NCBI GenBank assembly: GCA_023416735.1
Contig: JAEZGX010000009.1
Span: 40,788 to 104,787, forward strand
Length of the DNA stretch: 64,000 nt
From: Verrucomicrobiota bacterium
GTDB taxonomy: Bacteria; Verrucomicrobiota; Verrucomicrobiia; Opitutales; Opitutaceae
Direction of reading: 5' to 3'
In this document: positions 27,740-39,241 of the stretch, one piece after another
Numbering within the stretch: position 1 is the stretch's first letter
How the letters are laid out: each line of letters opens with the position of its first letter
The notes under the pieces: model-generated
What the model was told of the DNA's origin: nothing
What the model saw: only the letters and a program-made list of their open reading frames with translations
Databases searched by the model: none
Position numbers and translations under genes: made by a program

Positions 27740-28342
27740 ATGTCTTCCAAAGCGCAGGAAGTTGCCCTTGATCGTATGCTTGTAGACCGCTTCAAAGCCG
27801 GCGACACCGCCGCCTTCGACGAAATGGTCACTCGTTATTGGGATCGCATCTACTCGATGGTGAACCAGCTCCTGCGCAACTCGCAGGACGCCGAGGAGGT
27901 GACGCAAGACGCGTTCATCCGCGCTCATCGCGGACTCACTCATTTTCGCGGAGATTCCGCGTTTTCGACGTGGCTTTATCAGATCGCCACGAATCTCGCG
28001 CGCAATCGCTACTGGTATTGGTGGCGCCGCAAACGCGACCAGTCAGTCTCGATCGATGCGCCGGTCAGCAACGACAACACCACGACGCTCGCCGAAGTCA
28101 TCCCGGCGGAAGTCGAAACGCCGGATGACATCGCCGTCACACAGGAATTCGTGACCCGGATCGGACGGGGGATGGAAAAGCTCAGTGCGAAGCACAAGGA
28201 GATCCTCATTCTTCGTAACGTGAAGAACCTGTCCTACGAGGAAATCGCGCTCGTCCTGCATATTTCCGTCGGCACGGTGAAGAGCCGAATCGCGCGCGCT
28301 CGCGAGAGCCTGCGCAGTAGATTGGGGGAAGATTTCAAATGA
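27740..28342 (+). CDS. ECF (sigma-70 group IV) RNA polymerase sigma factor
   Basis: Region 2 (DAEEVTQDAFIRAHRGL..STWLYQIATNLARN) and region 4 (LSYEEIALVLHISVGTVKSRIARARESL) are both present. The ATG at 27740 is preceded by GAGGAAG. Confidence 0.9.
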   Translation: MSSKAQEVALDRMLVDRFKAGDTAAFDEMVTRYWDRIYSMVNQLLRNSQDAEEVTQDAFIRAHRGLTHFRGDSAFSTWLYQIATNLARNRYWYWWRRKRDQSVSIDAPVSNDNTTTLAEVIPAEVETPDDIAVTQEFVTRIGRGMEKLSAKHKEILILRNVKNLSYEEIALVLHISVGTVKSRIARARESLRSRLGEDFK

Positions 28343-29013
28343 AAGAGTCCAAGTTCATCGAGCTGCTGAATCTCTACGTGGATCATCAGATCAGCGCGTC
28401 AGACGCAGCCTTGCTCGAGGCCGAAATCCAGCGGAATCCCGAACGTAGAAAGATTTACCGCGAGTATTGCCAGATGCAGAAAGCCTGCGCGGTCCTCGCG
28501 GAGACCTTTCGCCCTCAGACGCAGCCGTCGGGTGGCCAGGTCGTCGAATTTCCCTCCCGCCGTTCGCGCTGGAGTGCGGCGACCTACGTTATGGGAGCGA
28601 TGGCCGCTGCCGCCTGTGTGGCTCTGGTGGTGGTGAATCGAAACGGACTCGCGGGATCGAATTCGACGGAATCGTCGGCCGCGATCGCCGCGGTTGATGA
28701 AGCTCCGATTTCGGATGTGGTTGCACGAAGCGTCCCGGCATCGACGCCGGTGGTAGCGCCGGCTTCCGCGCCTGCGCGCCAGCCATTGCAACCGGTGTTT
28801 GCAGGTCTCGTCAGCGACGCGGTGAACGACTCGTCCGAGCGTCCGACTTTGGACTGGGTGAGTCAGGTCAATCTGCAGCCCGTCGCGATCGACAAGCTCC
28901 GCTTCGAAACGCAATCCACGTTTCACACGGAGAATCGGATGTTGCAGAGTCCGTTCCCATCCGCCGAGCGCGAGAGCGAAGTGCTGCCGGTGGCCTGGCG
29001 GTTCCAACGCTGA
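28339..29013 (+). CDS. putative anti-sigma factor (single-pass membrane protein)
   Basis: Its start overlaps the sigma gene stop (ATGA). The N-terminal helical segment is followed by one TM (YVMGAMAAAACVALVVV). It has no canonical HxxxCxxC motif. Confidence 0.55.
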   Translation: MKESKFIELLNLYVDHQISASDAALLEAEIQRNPERRKIYREYCQMQKACAVLAETFRPQTQPSGGQVVEFPSRRSRWSAATYVMGAMAAAACVALVVVNRNGLAGSNSTESSAAIAAVDEAPISDVVARSVPASTPVVAPASAPARQPLQPVFAGLVSDAVNDSSERPTLDWVSQVNLQPVAIDKLRFETQSTFHTENRMLQSPFPSAERESEVLPVAWRFQR

Positions 29014-29071
29014 GGCGATTACGGACGAATCCTATGCGCGCGGGCGGCTCCGCGCGTCGTAGTGCGCTGCA

Positions 29072-29674
29072 CTATTGAGCAAGCGCTCGTTTCACCAGCG
29101 CTTCCGTGGTTGCATCGGCTCCGAGGGAAAGTTTCGCGCGGCGCACGGATTGATCAGCATCGGCGGCTTTGTAGCCAAGGGCCACCAGCGCGGCGACCGC
29201 ATCGCGATGCGCGCTGTTCGTGTCACCGTCCTCGCCTGAAGGCGAAGCGATCGAGGAGGGAGTCTCGGAAGAGCCGACCTTTGCGCGCAGTTCGACGATG
29301 AGTCGCTCGGCTGTTTTCTTTCCGATGCCTGGGCATTTCGCGAGCGTCGCGACGTCTCCCATGCGAATTGCGCTCTGGAGCATGGGCAGCGAAAGACGAC
29401 TCATGATGCTAAGCGCCACCTTGGGACCGACACCGGTCACGTGCTCGATCATCAAACGAAAGAAGTCACGGTCAGCCGGATCGGCAAAACCATAGAGCGT
29501 CTGCGAGTCCTCGCGATAGATCACGAGGGTGTGCAGTTTCACGATCGAACCCGCCGTTGGCAGTTTCTCGGCGGTCGTTACCGGGATGTTCACTTCGTAA
29601 CCGAATCCGTTTAGCTCCACGACCGCGTGCAACGGCGACGCGGACGTGAGGGTGCCTTGAATCGAAGTGATCAT
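29072..29674 (-). CDS. ruvA: Holliday junction DNA helicase subunit RuvA
   Basis: It is 200 aa from the ATG at 29674: MITSIQGTL...ELNGFGYEVNIP...FGF...GVGPKVALSI...CPGIGKKTAERLIVEL. The longer 385-aa track ORF is an Arg-rich artefact that overlaps dapB. Confidence 0.9.
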   Translation of the reverse strand: MITSIQGTLTSASPLHAVVELNGFGYEVNIPVTTAEKLPTAGSIVKLHTLVIYREDSQTLYGFADPADRDFFRLMIEHVTGVGPKVALSIMSRLSLPMLQSAIRMGDVATLAKCPGIGKKTAERLIVELRAKVGSSETPSSIASPSGEDGDTNSAHRDAVAALVALGYKAADADQSVRRAKLSLGADATTEALVKRALAQ

Positions 29675-29697
29675 CGCACTGGAGGAAAATGCGCCGG

Positions 29698-30429
29698 CTA
29701 CTTCAGCCCGAGCACGTCCTGCATGTCGTAAACGCCGGACTTTTGTCCGACGACCCATCGCGCCGCGCGCAATGCGCCACGCGCGAAAATCCCGCGATCG
29801 CTGGCCTTGTGCGTGAGTTCGAGTCGTTCGCCGAGCGCGGCAAACATTACCGTGTGATCGCCGACGACATCGCCGCCGCGCAACGCGTGGATGCCGACTT
29901 CCGTCGGCGTGCGTTCGCCGGTGATACCACTGCGGCCGTGACGGAGCGCATCGGCGTCGAGCTTGCGCTCTTCGAGGATGATTTCCAACAGCCGCGCCGC
30001 GGTGCCGCTGGGTGCATCTTTCTTGAAACGGTGATGCATCTCCACGACTTCCGCGTCGTAGTCGGATCCAAGCACGGATGCCGCGCGGCGCGTGAGCGCG
30101 AAGAGGAGGTTCACGCCGACCGAATAGTTCCCGGCCCAAACGCAGGGGACGGCCGACGCGACTTTCTGCAGTTTCGCTTTCTGTTCGACGCTGTGTCCCG
30201 TCGTGCCGATGACGAGCGGTTTGCGGCATTCGACGGCGAGCGTCACGACCTGCTCCGTCGCGTGATGTGCGCTGAAATCGATCACGACATCCGACGCTTC
30301 CATCCCGGGACGAGGATCGTCGCCGGCATCGACGGCGGACACAACTTCCACGCCGGCCTCTTTCGCCGCGACGGCAATCGCCTGTCCCATGCGTCCGCGC
30401 GAACCCACAATTTGAATACGGAGGGCCAT
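29698..30429 (-). CDS. dapB: 4-hydroxy-tetrahydrodipicolinate reductase
   Basis: It has MALRIQIVGSRGRMGQ (NAD-binding), VIGTTGH and HHRFKKDAPSGTA motifs. The ATG at 29429+1000 region is at 30429, directly after the dapA stop. Confidence 0.9.
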   Translation of the reverse strand: MALRIQIVGSRGRMGQAIAVAAKEAGVEVVSAVDAGDDPRPGMEASDVVIDFSAHHATEQVVTLAVECRKPLVIGTTGHSVEQKAKLQKVASAVPCVWAGNYSVGVNLLFALTRRAASVLGSDYDAEVVEMHHRFKKDAPSGTAARLLEIILEERKLDADALRHGRSGITGERTPTEVGIHALRGGDVVGDHTVMFAALGERLELTHKASDRGIFARGALRAARWVVGQKSGVYDMQDVLGLK

Positions 30430-30431
30430 GG

Positions 30432-31316
30432 TCAGCGAAGCTTGGCGAGCGCTTGTTCGAGCACCTTGAGATTGGCGGCGCTCATTTCGCACAGCGGCGC
30501 ACGCACTTCGGCGGAGCCAATGATGCCCGCGCGCGCGAGCGCGTTTTTCACCGGAACGGGATTCGGTTCGATGAAGAGCGTCTTGAAAATTGGATACATG
30601 TGGCGGTGGATTTTCGCGGCTTTGGCGAAATCGTTTGCCGCCGCGGCGCGCACGATCTGCCCGACTTCGCGAACGAAAAGGTTGGAGGCGACACTGATCA
30701 CGCCTTCGGCGCCGACGGCCATGAAGGGGAGGGTGAGGGAATCGTCGCCGCTCAAGACGGTGAGATCCGAACCGAGCGCCTGCTTGAGTTGGTCGACGCG
30801 ATCAACGATGCCACCGGCTTCCTTGATCCAGCGCACGTGCTTGTAACGCGCGACCAGGCGCTCGACGACGGGCACGCTGATTTCAATGCCGCAGCGTCCA
30901 GGAATTGAATACAGGATCACGGGTCGATCCGTGGCGTCGGCGACGGCGCAGAAGTGCCGGAAAAGTCCCTCTTGGCTTGGCTTATTGTAATAAGGCGCGA
31001 CAACGAGCATCGCGTCCGCGCCCGCGGCGTGCGCGAGTCGTGTGAGCTCCGCGGCTTCGTGCGTGGAGTTGGAGCCGGTGCCGGCGATTACAGGGACGCG
31101 TTTCTTCGCCGCGGCGATCGTCGCGCGGATCACTTCCATGTGCTCCTCGTGACTTAACGTCGGCGATTCGCCGGTGGTGCCGACCGGAACGATGCCGTCG
31201 ACGCCACCTTTTATCTGATACGCGACGAGTTTCGCGAGATCGTCATAGGCGATGGTGCCCTTGCGAAAGGGCGTGACTAGTGCGGTGATCGTGCCGGTAA
31301 GCGGTCGGTGTTTCAT
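30432..31316 (-). CDS. dapA: 4-hydroxy-tetrahydrodipicolinate synthase
   Basis: It has TALVTPF, GTTGESPTLS, the YNxP-type motif (YSIPGR) and the IKEA lysine context. I prefer the ATG at 31316 over the TTG at 31328. Confidence 0.9.
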   Translation of the reverse strand: MKHRPLTGTITALVTPFRKGTIAYDDLAKLVAYQIKGGVDGIVPVGTTGESPTLSHEEHMEVIRATIAAAKKRVPVIAGTGSNSTHEAAELTRLAHAAGADAMLVVAPYYNKPSQEGLFRHFCAVADATDRPVILYSIPGRCGIEISVPVVERLVARYKHVRWIKEAGGIVDRVDQLKQALGSDLTVLSGDDSLTLPFMAVGAEGVISVASNLFVREVGQIVRAAAANDFAKAAKIHRHMYPIFKTLFIEPNPVPVKNALARAGIIGSAEVRAPLCEMSAANLKVLEQALAKLR

Positions 31317-31384
31317 GAACGCGGGCAAAGTAGCCTTGCTGAAGAAAGCAGGGCGATTTAGGGAATCCGCAACGCTTTTTTCCC

Positions 31385-32488
31385 ATGCCAGCTCTCACAA
31401 CACACACCGAAATAATCAACGACTTGCTCAAGCTGGCGGTCGATAGCGGTGTCAGCGACGTCATCATCAAATCCAACAAACCGGGCTACGTGCGCCTGGC
31501 GGGGAAATTGAAGCCGGTCGAGATGGACCCCATCACTTGTCCCGAGGCTCAGGCCTGGGTCGATGAACATGTCCCGGCAGTGTTTCGGCAGAAGTGGGAA
31601 GACGTGGGCCAGATCGATTTCGCGTATGCGGTCGAGGGCATCGGGCGCTTCCGCGTGAACGCATTTCATCAACGCGGTCTCGTGAGCATCGTGCTGCGGC
31701 ATATCAAAAGCACGGTTCCCACCTTCGACCAACTCGGGTTGGGGCAGACCGCGGAATCCCTCATGAGGCTCGCGCAGGCCAAGGATGGGATTCTCCTCGT
31801 GTGCGGCGCCACCGGTTCCGGCAAAAGCTCGACGATGGCGGCGATGCTGAACTGGGTGAACCAAAACCTCGACAAGCACATCGTCACGATCGAGGACCCG
31901 ATCGAATACACGTTCATCGACGACAAATCGCTTTTCCAGCAACGCGAGATCGGCCTCGACGTGCCGAGCTTCGAACTCGCGATCAAAGCCGTGCTGCGGC
32001 AAAATCCCGACATCATTCTCATCGGAGAAATGCGCGATCGGGAAACGTTCGAGACCGCCATCTCCGCCGCGGAAACGGGTCACCTGGTATTCTCGACGAT
32101 GCACGCCGCGACGGTCGCGCAGTCGCTCACACGCTTGTTCGAATTTTTCCCCCCGGAGGAACAGATCCAGGCCCGGCGGGCGATCGCAGGATCGTTGCGC
32201 GGATTTATCTGCCAGAAGCTGATCCCAACGCTCGAAGGAAACGGACGCGTGCCCGCCAACGAAATCCTGACGGCGGACGCTGTCGTTAAAAATCTGATAC
32301 TTGAAGGCCAGTTCGAGAAGATCCAGGGCATCCTCGACGGCTCGGGCGACTCGAACAGTTTCTCGTTCAACAAGGATCTCTACCGGCTGATCAAAGCCGG
32401 CAAGATCAGCAAGGCCGACGGCCTGCGTTTTTCGCCCAACCCGCAGGCGCTCGACATGAACCTGAAGGGGATCTTCATCAAATCCTGA
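31385..32488 (+). CDS. pilT: PilT-family type IV pilus retraction ATPase
   Basis: It has Walker A (GATGSGKSST), the Asp box, Walker B (ILIGEMRD) and the His box (GHLVFSTMH) in PilT order. Its length is about 367 aa. Confidence 0.85.
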   Translation: MPALTTHTEIINDLLKLAVDSGVSDVIIKSNKPGYVRLAGKLKPVEMDPITCPEAQAWVDEHVPAVFRQKWEDVGQIDFAYAVEGIGRFRVNAFHQRGLVSIVLRHIKSTVPTFDQLGLGQTAESLMRLAQAKDGILLVCGATGSGKSSTMAAMLNWVNQNLDKHIVTIEDPIEYTFIDDKSLFQQREIGLDVPSFELAIKAVLRQNPDIILIGEMRDRETFETAISAAETGHLVFSTMHAATVAQSLTRLFEFFPPEEQIQARRAIAGSLRGFICQKLIPTLEGNGRVPANEILTADAVVKNLILEGQFEKIQGILDGSGDSNSFSFNKDLYRLIKAGKISKADGLRFSPNPQALDMNLKGIFIKS

Positions 32489-33438
32489 TGTCGCTCGGCT
32501 ATCGCGCGCAGCGTTTCACGTCGGCTTTGCTGCTCATTCTTGTGAGTGGAAGCGTCGTTGTCGCGACCGAACACGATGCGACGAAAGCGGGCCTGCAATC
32601 GGCTCGACGCGACTACGACGCGTTGAAAGCCGCGGATCCGCGCAGCCTGGAGCAGAAGGCGGGGCCCAAGGTGGAACTGCCGCGTCTTGAGGCGGGGCCG
32701 TCCTCCGCGGGCGAGTTCTCGCCGAAACCAGCCAGGAAACGAGCTGACGCGTCGCAATCAGACCCGCGCCAGCGCGAAAAATCCTCCAACTGGCTGCTTG
32801 AAGCGATGCGTAACGAGACCGAAACGCCGACGACCAGCGCGGAGAAAGCCCTCGAACAGACACTCGAGGGCGACAGCAAGATCGAGAAGGGCGATCTCGT
32901 GGAAACCGCGCTGGCGCTGGAAAAACAGCAAGCCGCTCAACGCAAATCCAGCGACGAGCGCCGAGATCAGATCGAACGGAATCGCGATGCGAGCGGATTG
33001 AATCCTTTGGACTCGTTCATGGCGTCTTGGATGAGTTCGAAGGATCTTGAGCTGCTAAGACGCATGCCTGCCGGCGCGAGCCAGCAAACAAGTGGAAATG
33101 ACGTGGGATTGTCCTCGTCGCTCGCCGTTTCGAATCCCATCGGCATCTCGACAACGTCCATCGTGGCACCGTCGGTCAGCGATTTGGGACGCCCATCTGC
33201 ACGAGCGAGCTTTGCGCCCGAGCGATCGAATCCGTATCTCGAAAATCTATCAAGTTTCGCGCCCGCCGAATCCGTCACGAGCCCCAGCGCATTGTCCTTC
33301 ACGCCTGCTGTATCCGAATTTTCCACGCCCCCTCCGAGCACCGAACCCGCTTCGACGCCGACGCAGCGTGAATCTCCGAGCGAACGATTCCGGGCGCAGG
33401 ACGACGCAAAGTATTTCAAACAGCTGAAGCGTTTTTAG
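32488..33438 (+). CDS. secreted low-complexity hypothetical protein
   Basis: The ATG overlaps the pilT stop by 1 nt (TGATG). The N-terminus is hydrophobic and the body is rich in Ser/Pro/Ala/Glu, with no recognisable domain. The coding call rests on the coupling and the frame. Confidence 0.45.
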   Translation: MSLGYRAQRFTSALLLILVSGSVVVATEHDATKAGLQSARRDYDALKAADPRSLEQKAGPKVELPRLEAGPSSAGEFSPKPARKRADASQSDPRQREKSSNWLLEAMRNETETPTTSAEKALEQTLEGDSKIEKGDLVETALALEKQQAAQRKSSDERRDQIERNRDASGLNPLDSFMASWMSSKDLELLRRMPAGASQQTSGNDVGLSSSLAVSNPIGISTTSIVAPSVSDLGRPSARASFAPERSNPYLENLSSFAPAESVTSPSALSFTPAVSEFSTPPPSTEPASTPTQRESPSERFRAQDDAKYFKQLKRF

Positions 33439-33484
33439 GGCTTGGATTCCGGCACGCCGAGCGATTGTCTCGCCGGTTTCAACC

Positions 33485-34390
33485 ATGGCTTTGGCACTTT
33501 TATTTGCCGGACAGGGCGCACAAAAGGTCGGAATGGGCCGCTCGCTTTACGAGCAGTCGGCTGCCGCGAAAGCGGTTTACGACGAGGCGAACGCGGTGCT
33601 CGGCTGGGACTTGGCTCGAGTGAGCTTCGAAGGTCCGGAGGAGGAATTGACTCAGACCAAAGTCTGCCAGCCGGCGTTGTTCGTGCATGGCATGGCGTTG
33701 CTCGGGGCGCTGCGCGAAACGCAGAAGTTGCCGGAAGTGAACTTCGCGCTGGGACTTAGCCTGGGAGAAATCACGGCTTACACCGCGGCGGGCGTGTTCG
33801 ATTTTGCGACGGGACTTCGCGTCGTCGCCGAGCGCGGGCGTTTGATGCAGCAAGCCTGCGAACGGACGACGGGCGGCATGGCGGCGATCATCGGTGAGGA
33901 GCGCGCGAAGGTCGCGGAGCTTTGCCGCGAGTTCGATATCGAAGCGGCGAATTTCAACGCGCCTGGCCAGATCATCATTTCGGGCGAAAAGGCGAAGGTG
34001 GAAGCGGCGGTCGCCGCCGCGAAAGATCGCGGGATCAAGAAAGCGATGCCGCTCAACGTCGCCGGCGCGTATCACAGCCGCTTGATGGAGCCGGCGCGCG
34101 CGGAGTTCGCGACGTTCCTGGAGAGCGTGACGTTCTCGGCGCCGAAATTCACCGTCTTCACGAATACCACCGGCCAGTCCGTGTCGGAGCCGGCCGCGAT
34201 CAAAGCCGCGCTGGTGAAGCAGGTCGTGTCATCGGTGCTGTGGGAAGACTGCATGCGCAGCGCCGTGGCGGCGGGAGCGACCGAGTTCTGGGAACTCGGG
34301 CCGGGTGGTGTGCTCGCCGGTCTCGCGCGTCGCACAGACAAGAACTGGAACGTGAAGAGTTTCGCGGAATTTTCCGACGTGACCGCCTAA
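33485..34390 (+). CDS. fabD: malonyl-CoA:ACP transacylase
   Basis: It has LLFAGQGAQKVGMG, the active-site GLSLGE and the later AGAYHS motif. Confidence 0.9.
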   Translation: MALALLFAGQGAQKVGMGRSLYEQSAAAKAVYDEANAVLGWDLARVSFEGPEEELTQTKVCQPALFVHGMALLGALRETQKLPEVNFALGLSLGEITAYTAAGVFDFATGLRVVAERGRLMQQACERTTGGMAAIIGEERAKVAELCREFDIEAANFNAPGQIIISGEKAKVEAAVAAAKDRGIKKAMPLNVAGAYHSRLMEPARAEFATFLESVTFSAPKFTVFTNTTGQSVSEPAAIKAALVKQVVSSVLWEDCMRSAVAAGATEFWELGPGGVLAGLARRTDKNWNVKSFAEFSDVTA

Positions 34391-34393
34391 ACG

Positions 34394-36190
<1,797 letters not shown>

Positions 36191-36203
36191 CCCGAAGACT
36201 CCC

Positions 36204-37547
36204 GTGTCCGCGCTTCTCGATGCTCTCGTCTGGCCCGTGACGGCGCCCTTTCATTGGGTCGCGCGCTTCTTTTCGAATGAAGAGAAGATGCGCGCCAACG
36301 CGGCGAACTGGATCGAGCTTGCGGACAAGGTGTGGCACTTTCGCCGCGATCTCCTGAGCGAGAGGGAATCGAACGAACTGCTCGGTCGCACGAGCGAACT
36401 TCGCGCCCAACTCAAGGCGAGGGCCGATGCGGGGAAACTGAAACTATCGATCGAGTCGCTCGAAGGCGTGTTGCGACGCACAGGTGGCGCGATGTATCCG
36501 AAAACGTCGCTCGTCGAAAACGTGGAGTTTTTCCTCGTCGCCGCTATCGTGATCCTCGGCATCCGCACGTATTTCGTGCAGCCGTTCAAGATTCCGACGA
36601 ACTCGATGTGGCCGACGTATAACGGCATGACGCCGGAGGTTTATCAGACGCCCGAAGAAGAGCCGGGGACGTTGGCAACGGCGGGAAGATTGCTGGCGTT
36701 CGGCGCCAAGCCGCACCGAGTGGATGCACCGGCCACGGGCGAGGTTTTGATTCCGATCGGCCAAGGCGGCCGCGGCTATGTTGCGTGGGATTCTGTTCCT
36801 GGACGCAGCTGGCTGATCTTTCCGGCAACGCTGCGCGAATACACCTTGTTCGTCGGAGATACGCCGGTGAAAGTGAAGGTGCCGCTGGATTTCGATTTCG
36901 ACTGGGCGATCTACGACGCGTTCTTTCGCAGCGGGCCCGATGATTTTTATCGCCAGCGAAAGCTCGGCGAAGTTTTCCAGCGAGCCTGGCAGACCGGGAA
37001 TTTCGAAGTGCGTGTGATCAATGGCGAACGCGTGCGCTGCATCAAAACCGGCAAACACGTGAAAGCCGGTGAACGCATGCTCTCGTTCGACGAGATGACC
37101 GGCGACCAGCTCTTCGTCGATCGCGTGAGCTACCATTTCGTGCCGCCGACGGTTGGCAGCGGATTCGTGTTTCGAACCGGAGGTATCCCTTACATCGCGA
37201 ACCGCGACGGAGATCAGTATTACATCAAGCGCCTTGTCGGCGTGCCCGGCGACACGCTGCAGATCGAAGGCACGACCTTGCTGCGCAATGGCGAGCCAAT
37301 CGAAGGCTCGGAAGCTTTCGAAGCCAACTCCGAGCAGCAGGGGCGTTATCCCGGCTATCAGGCGTCCGGCATGTTGGCGCCGGGAGAAACGGTTTCGGTG
37401 GGCCCGGATGAATTCTTTGCGCTCGGCGATAACTCGCCGAACAGCGAAGACGGTCGCGTATGGGGTTTCGTGCCGGAAAAGGACGTCATCGGCCGTCCGC
37501 TAATGATCTATTATCCGTTCACGCGCCGCTGGGGCCCGTCGAAGTAA
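36204..37547 (+). CDS. lepB: signal peptidase I (long form)
   Basis: It has the catalytic Ser box NSMWPT, the Lys box YIKRLVGVPGD and the GDNSPNSEDGRVWGFV box. The start is GTG. Confidence 0.85.
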   Translation: MSALLDALVWPVTAPFHWVARFFSNEEKMRANAANWIELADKVWHFRRDLLSERESNELLGRTSELRAQLKARADAGKLKLSIESLEGVLRRTGGAMYPKTSLVENVEFFLVAAIVILGIRTYFVQPFKIPTNSMWPTYNGMTPEVYQTPEEEPGTLATAGRLLAFGAKPHRVDAPATGEVLIPIGQGGRGYVAWDSVPGRSWLIFPATLREYTLFVGDTPVKVKVPLDFDFDWAIYDAFFRSGPDDFYRQRKLGEVFQRAWQTGNFEVRVINGERVRCIKTGKHVKAGERMLSFDEMTGDQLFVDRVSYHFVPPTVGSGFVFRTGGIPYIANRDGDQYYIKRLVGVPGDTLQIEGTTLLRNGEPIEGSEAFEANSEQQGRYPGYQASGMLAPGETVSVGPDEFFALGDNSPNSEDGRVWGFVPEKDVIGRPLMIYYPFTRRWGPSK

Positions 37548-37888
37548 GCAAGATGCAATACGGCTACAGTCAGCTCATTCCTACCATAGCGCTACCCACA
37601 ATGTCAGTTATGTTAACTAGGTTGGCTACTGAAAGTTCTCGGGGCGGGAATGTCGGTCGAGGAAATGGGAATGCTCCATGTGCGTAGAGCACTCCACCAC
37701 CCTCAAGTTTCCGCCGCTCAACCAAGTATCTATCGAGCTCCCGGACCGAGCTCGAACAGGGGGCGCATCTGTAATATCAGCGGCCTAACGCTCGCAATCC
37801 GAAGCCCAGTGAGCTCTGGGTTCGACAGCTTTCACATGCGCCTTTGATTGTTGTCGCTTGCTCCAGCTGTAAGAGTCGTGATTGGCGT

Positions 37889-39241
37889 ATGAAGCCATCT
37901 TACCGTTTTCCGAAACAGTTCACCTGGGGAGTTGCGGCATCCGCCCCTCAGATCGAGGGCGCTGCAACCGCGGACGGGAAAGGAGCGTCCATCTGGGATC
38001 GCTTCGCGACGCTGCCCGGGAAAATCGATGCCGGCGATACACCCGCGGTAGCGTGTGATCATTACCGCCACTTCGATGCCGACTTCGCTCTCATGCAGCG
38101 ACTGGGCGTGAAACATTACCGGCTTTCGCTTTCATGGCCGCGGCTGTTTCCGGACGGTGCCGGCCCCGTGAATTCGCGCGGAATCGATTTTTATCGCCGC
38201 GTGTTCGATTCTCTCGCGCGCCGCGGCATCACACCGTGGGTCACCTTTTATCACTGGGATTTGCCTCAGGCCCTCGAAGAACGCGGCGGCTGGCGAAACC
38301 GCGCCACGGTCGATGCGTTCGCCCGCTACGCCGAAACGACGGTGAAGGCGTTTAGCGATCATGTGCGCCACTGGATCACGTTGAACGAAATCCCCACCTT
38401 CGTCGGTCACGGTTACCGGAAGGGCCTGCACGCGCCAGGGGCGCAAGAATCGGACGCCGTCATCAACCAGATCTTTCACCACACCCTACTCGCCCATGGT
38501 CATGCGGTGCGAGCCGTGCGGGAATTCGGAGCGCGCGGCTCTCGCGTGGGTTTGGCGCACGATATTGCCGTGCCAATCCCTGTGACCGAGACGCCCCGTG
38601 ATATCGCGGCCGCTCAGGCGCAGCTCGCCGATGATCACGCACATGTGCTCGCACCGATTTTTCACGGTCGTTATCCGGACGCATACTTGCGGCGGTGCGG
38701 TGCCGATCGCCCGCGTGTGCAACGCGGTGATCTCGCGCTCATTGCCGAGCCGACCGATTTTCTAGGGCTGAACATCTATAGCGGATTCTTCGTGCGCGCC
38801 GCTGCTCGCGCTCGCGGCGGTCGTGAGACTCTCCCGTTCCCGCCGCAGTTTCCACAGGCGGCGATGGACTGGCTGCGGCTCACTCCGCAATCGATCTACT
38901 GGGCGCTGCGCCATTGTCATGCGCTCTACCAACCCAAGGCGCTCTACATCACCGAAAATGGCGCCGGCTACGACGAACCAACCACAGCGTCTTCAGAAAT
39001 CGTCGATCTCCATCGTCGCGAATACCTGCGCAACTACCTCCTCAACGTGCATCGCGCGGTCGCAGAAGGCATCCCCTGCCGTGGCTATTTCCAGTGGTCC
39101 TTCATGGACAACTTCGAATGGGCCATGGGCTACGCGAAACGCTTCGGCATCGTCCACGTTGACTACGCCACGCAGGCTCGCACGCCCAAGTTGAGCGCCG
39201 AGTGGTATGCGTGCGTCATGCGCGAGAACCGGATCGTCTGA
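37889..39241 (+). CDS. GH1 beta-glucosidase
   Basis: It has FPKQFTWGVAASAPQIEGA, the acid/base TLNEIP and the nucleophile YITENGAG. I prefer the ATG at 37889. Confidence 0.9.
   Translation: MKPSYRFPKQFTWGVAASAPQIEGAATADGKGASIWDRFATLPGKIDAGDTPAVACDHYRHFDADFALMQRLGVKHYRLSLSWPRLFPDGAGPVNSRGIDFYRRVFDSLARRGITPWVTFYHWDLPQALEERGGWRNRATVDAFARYAETTVKAFSDHVRHWITLNEIPTFVGHGYRKGLHAPGAQESDAVINQIFHHTLLAHGHAVRAVREFGARGSRVGLAHDIAVPIPVTETPRDIAAAQAQLADDHAHVLAPIFHGRYPDAYLRRCGADRPRVQRGDLALIAEPTDFLGLNIYSGFFVRAAARARGGRETLPFPPQFPQAAMDWLRLTPQSIYWALRHCHALYQPKALYITENGAGYDEPTTASSEIVDLHRREYLRNYLLNVHRAVAEGIPCRGYFQWSFMDNFEWAMGYAKRFGIVHVDYATQARTPKLSAEWYACVMRENRIV

Noticed and set aside
27495-27740. tRNA-Lys as a possible integration hotspot, which would make the flanking genes an island
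   Set aside because: There is no integrase, no duplicated tRNA 3' end and no compositional break on either side. The neighbours are an ordinary response regulator/pal pair and an ECF sigma pair.
29675-30229. N-terminal 185-codon extension of the ruvA ORF (track ORF 29072..30229)
   Set aside because: The extension overlaps dapB on the same strand in another frame and is Arg-rich. RuvA homology begins exactly at the ATG at 29674 (MITSIQGTL).
37553-37687. Small ORFs in the low-GC island (for example a 44-codon ORF starting MQYGYSQLIP..., and 37650..37847)
   Set aside because: They have no RBS-like element, atypical codon usage and no recognisable motif. The region is kept as a possible ncRNA or UTR instead.
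39216-39241. 26-nt overlap of the convergent 3' ends of the GH1 gene and ilvA
   Set aside because: Short convergent overlaps are common in compact high-GC genomes. No structure or motif suggests any special regulation.
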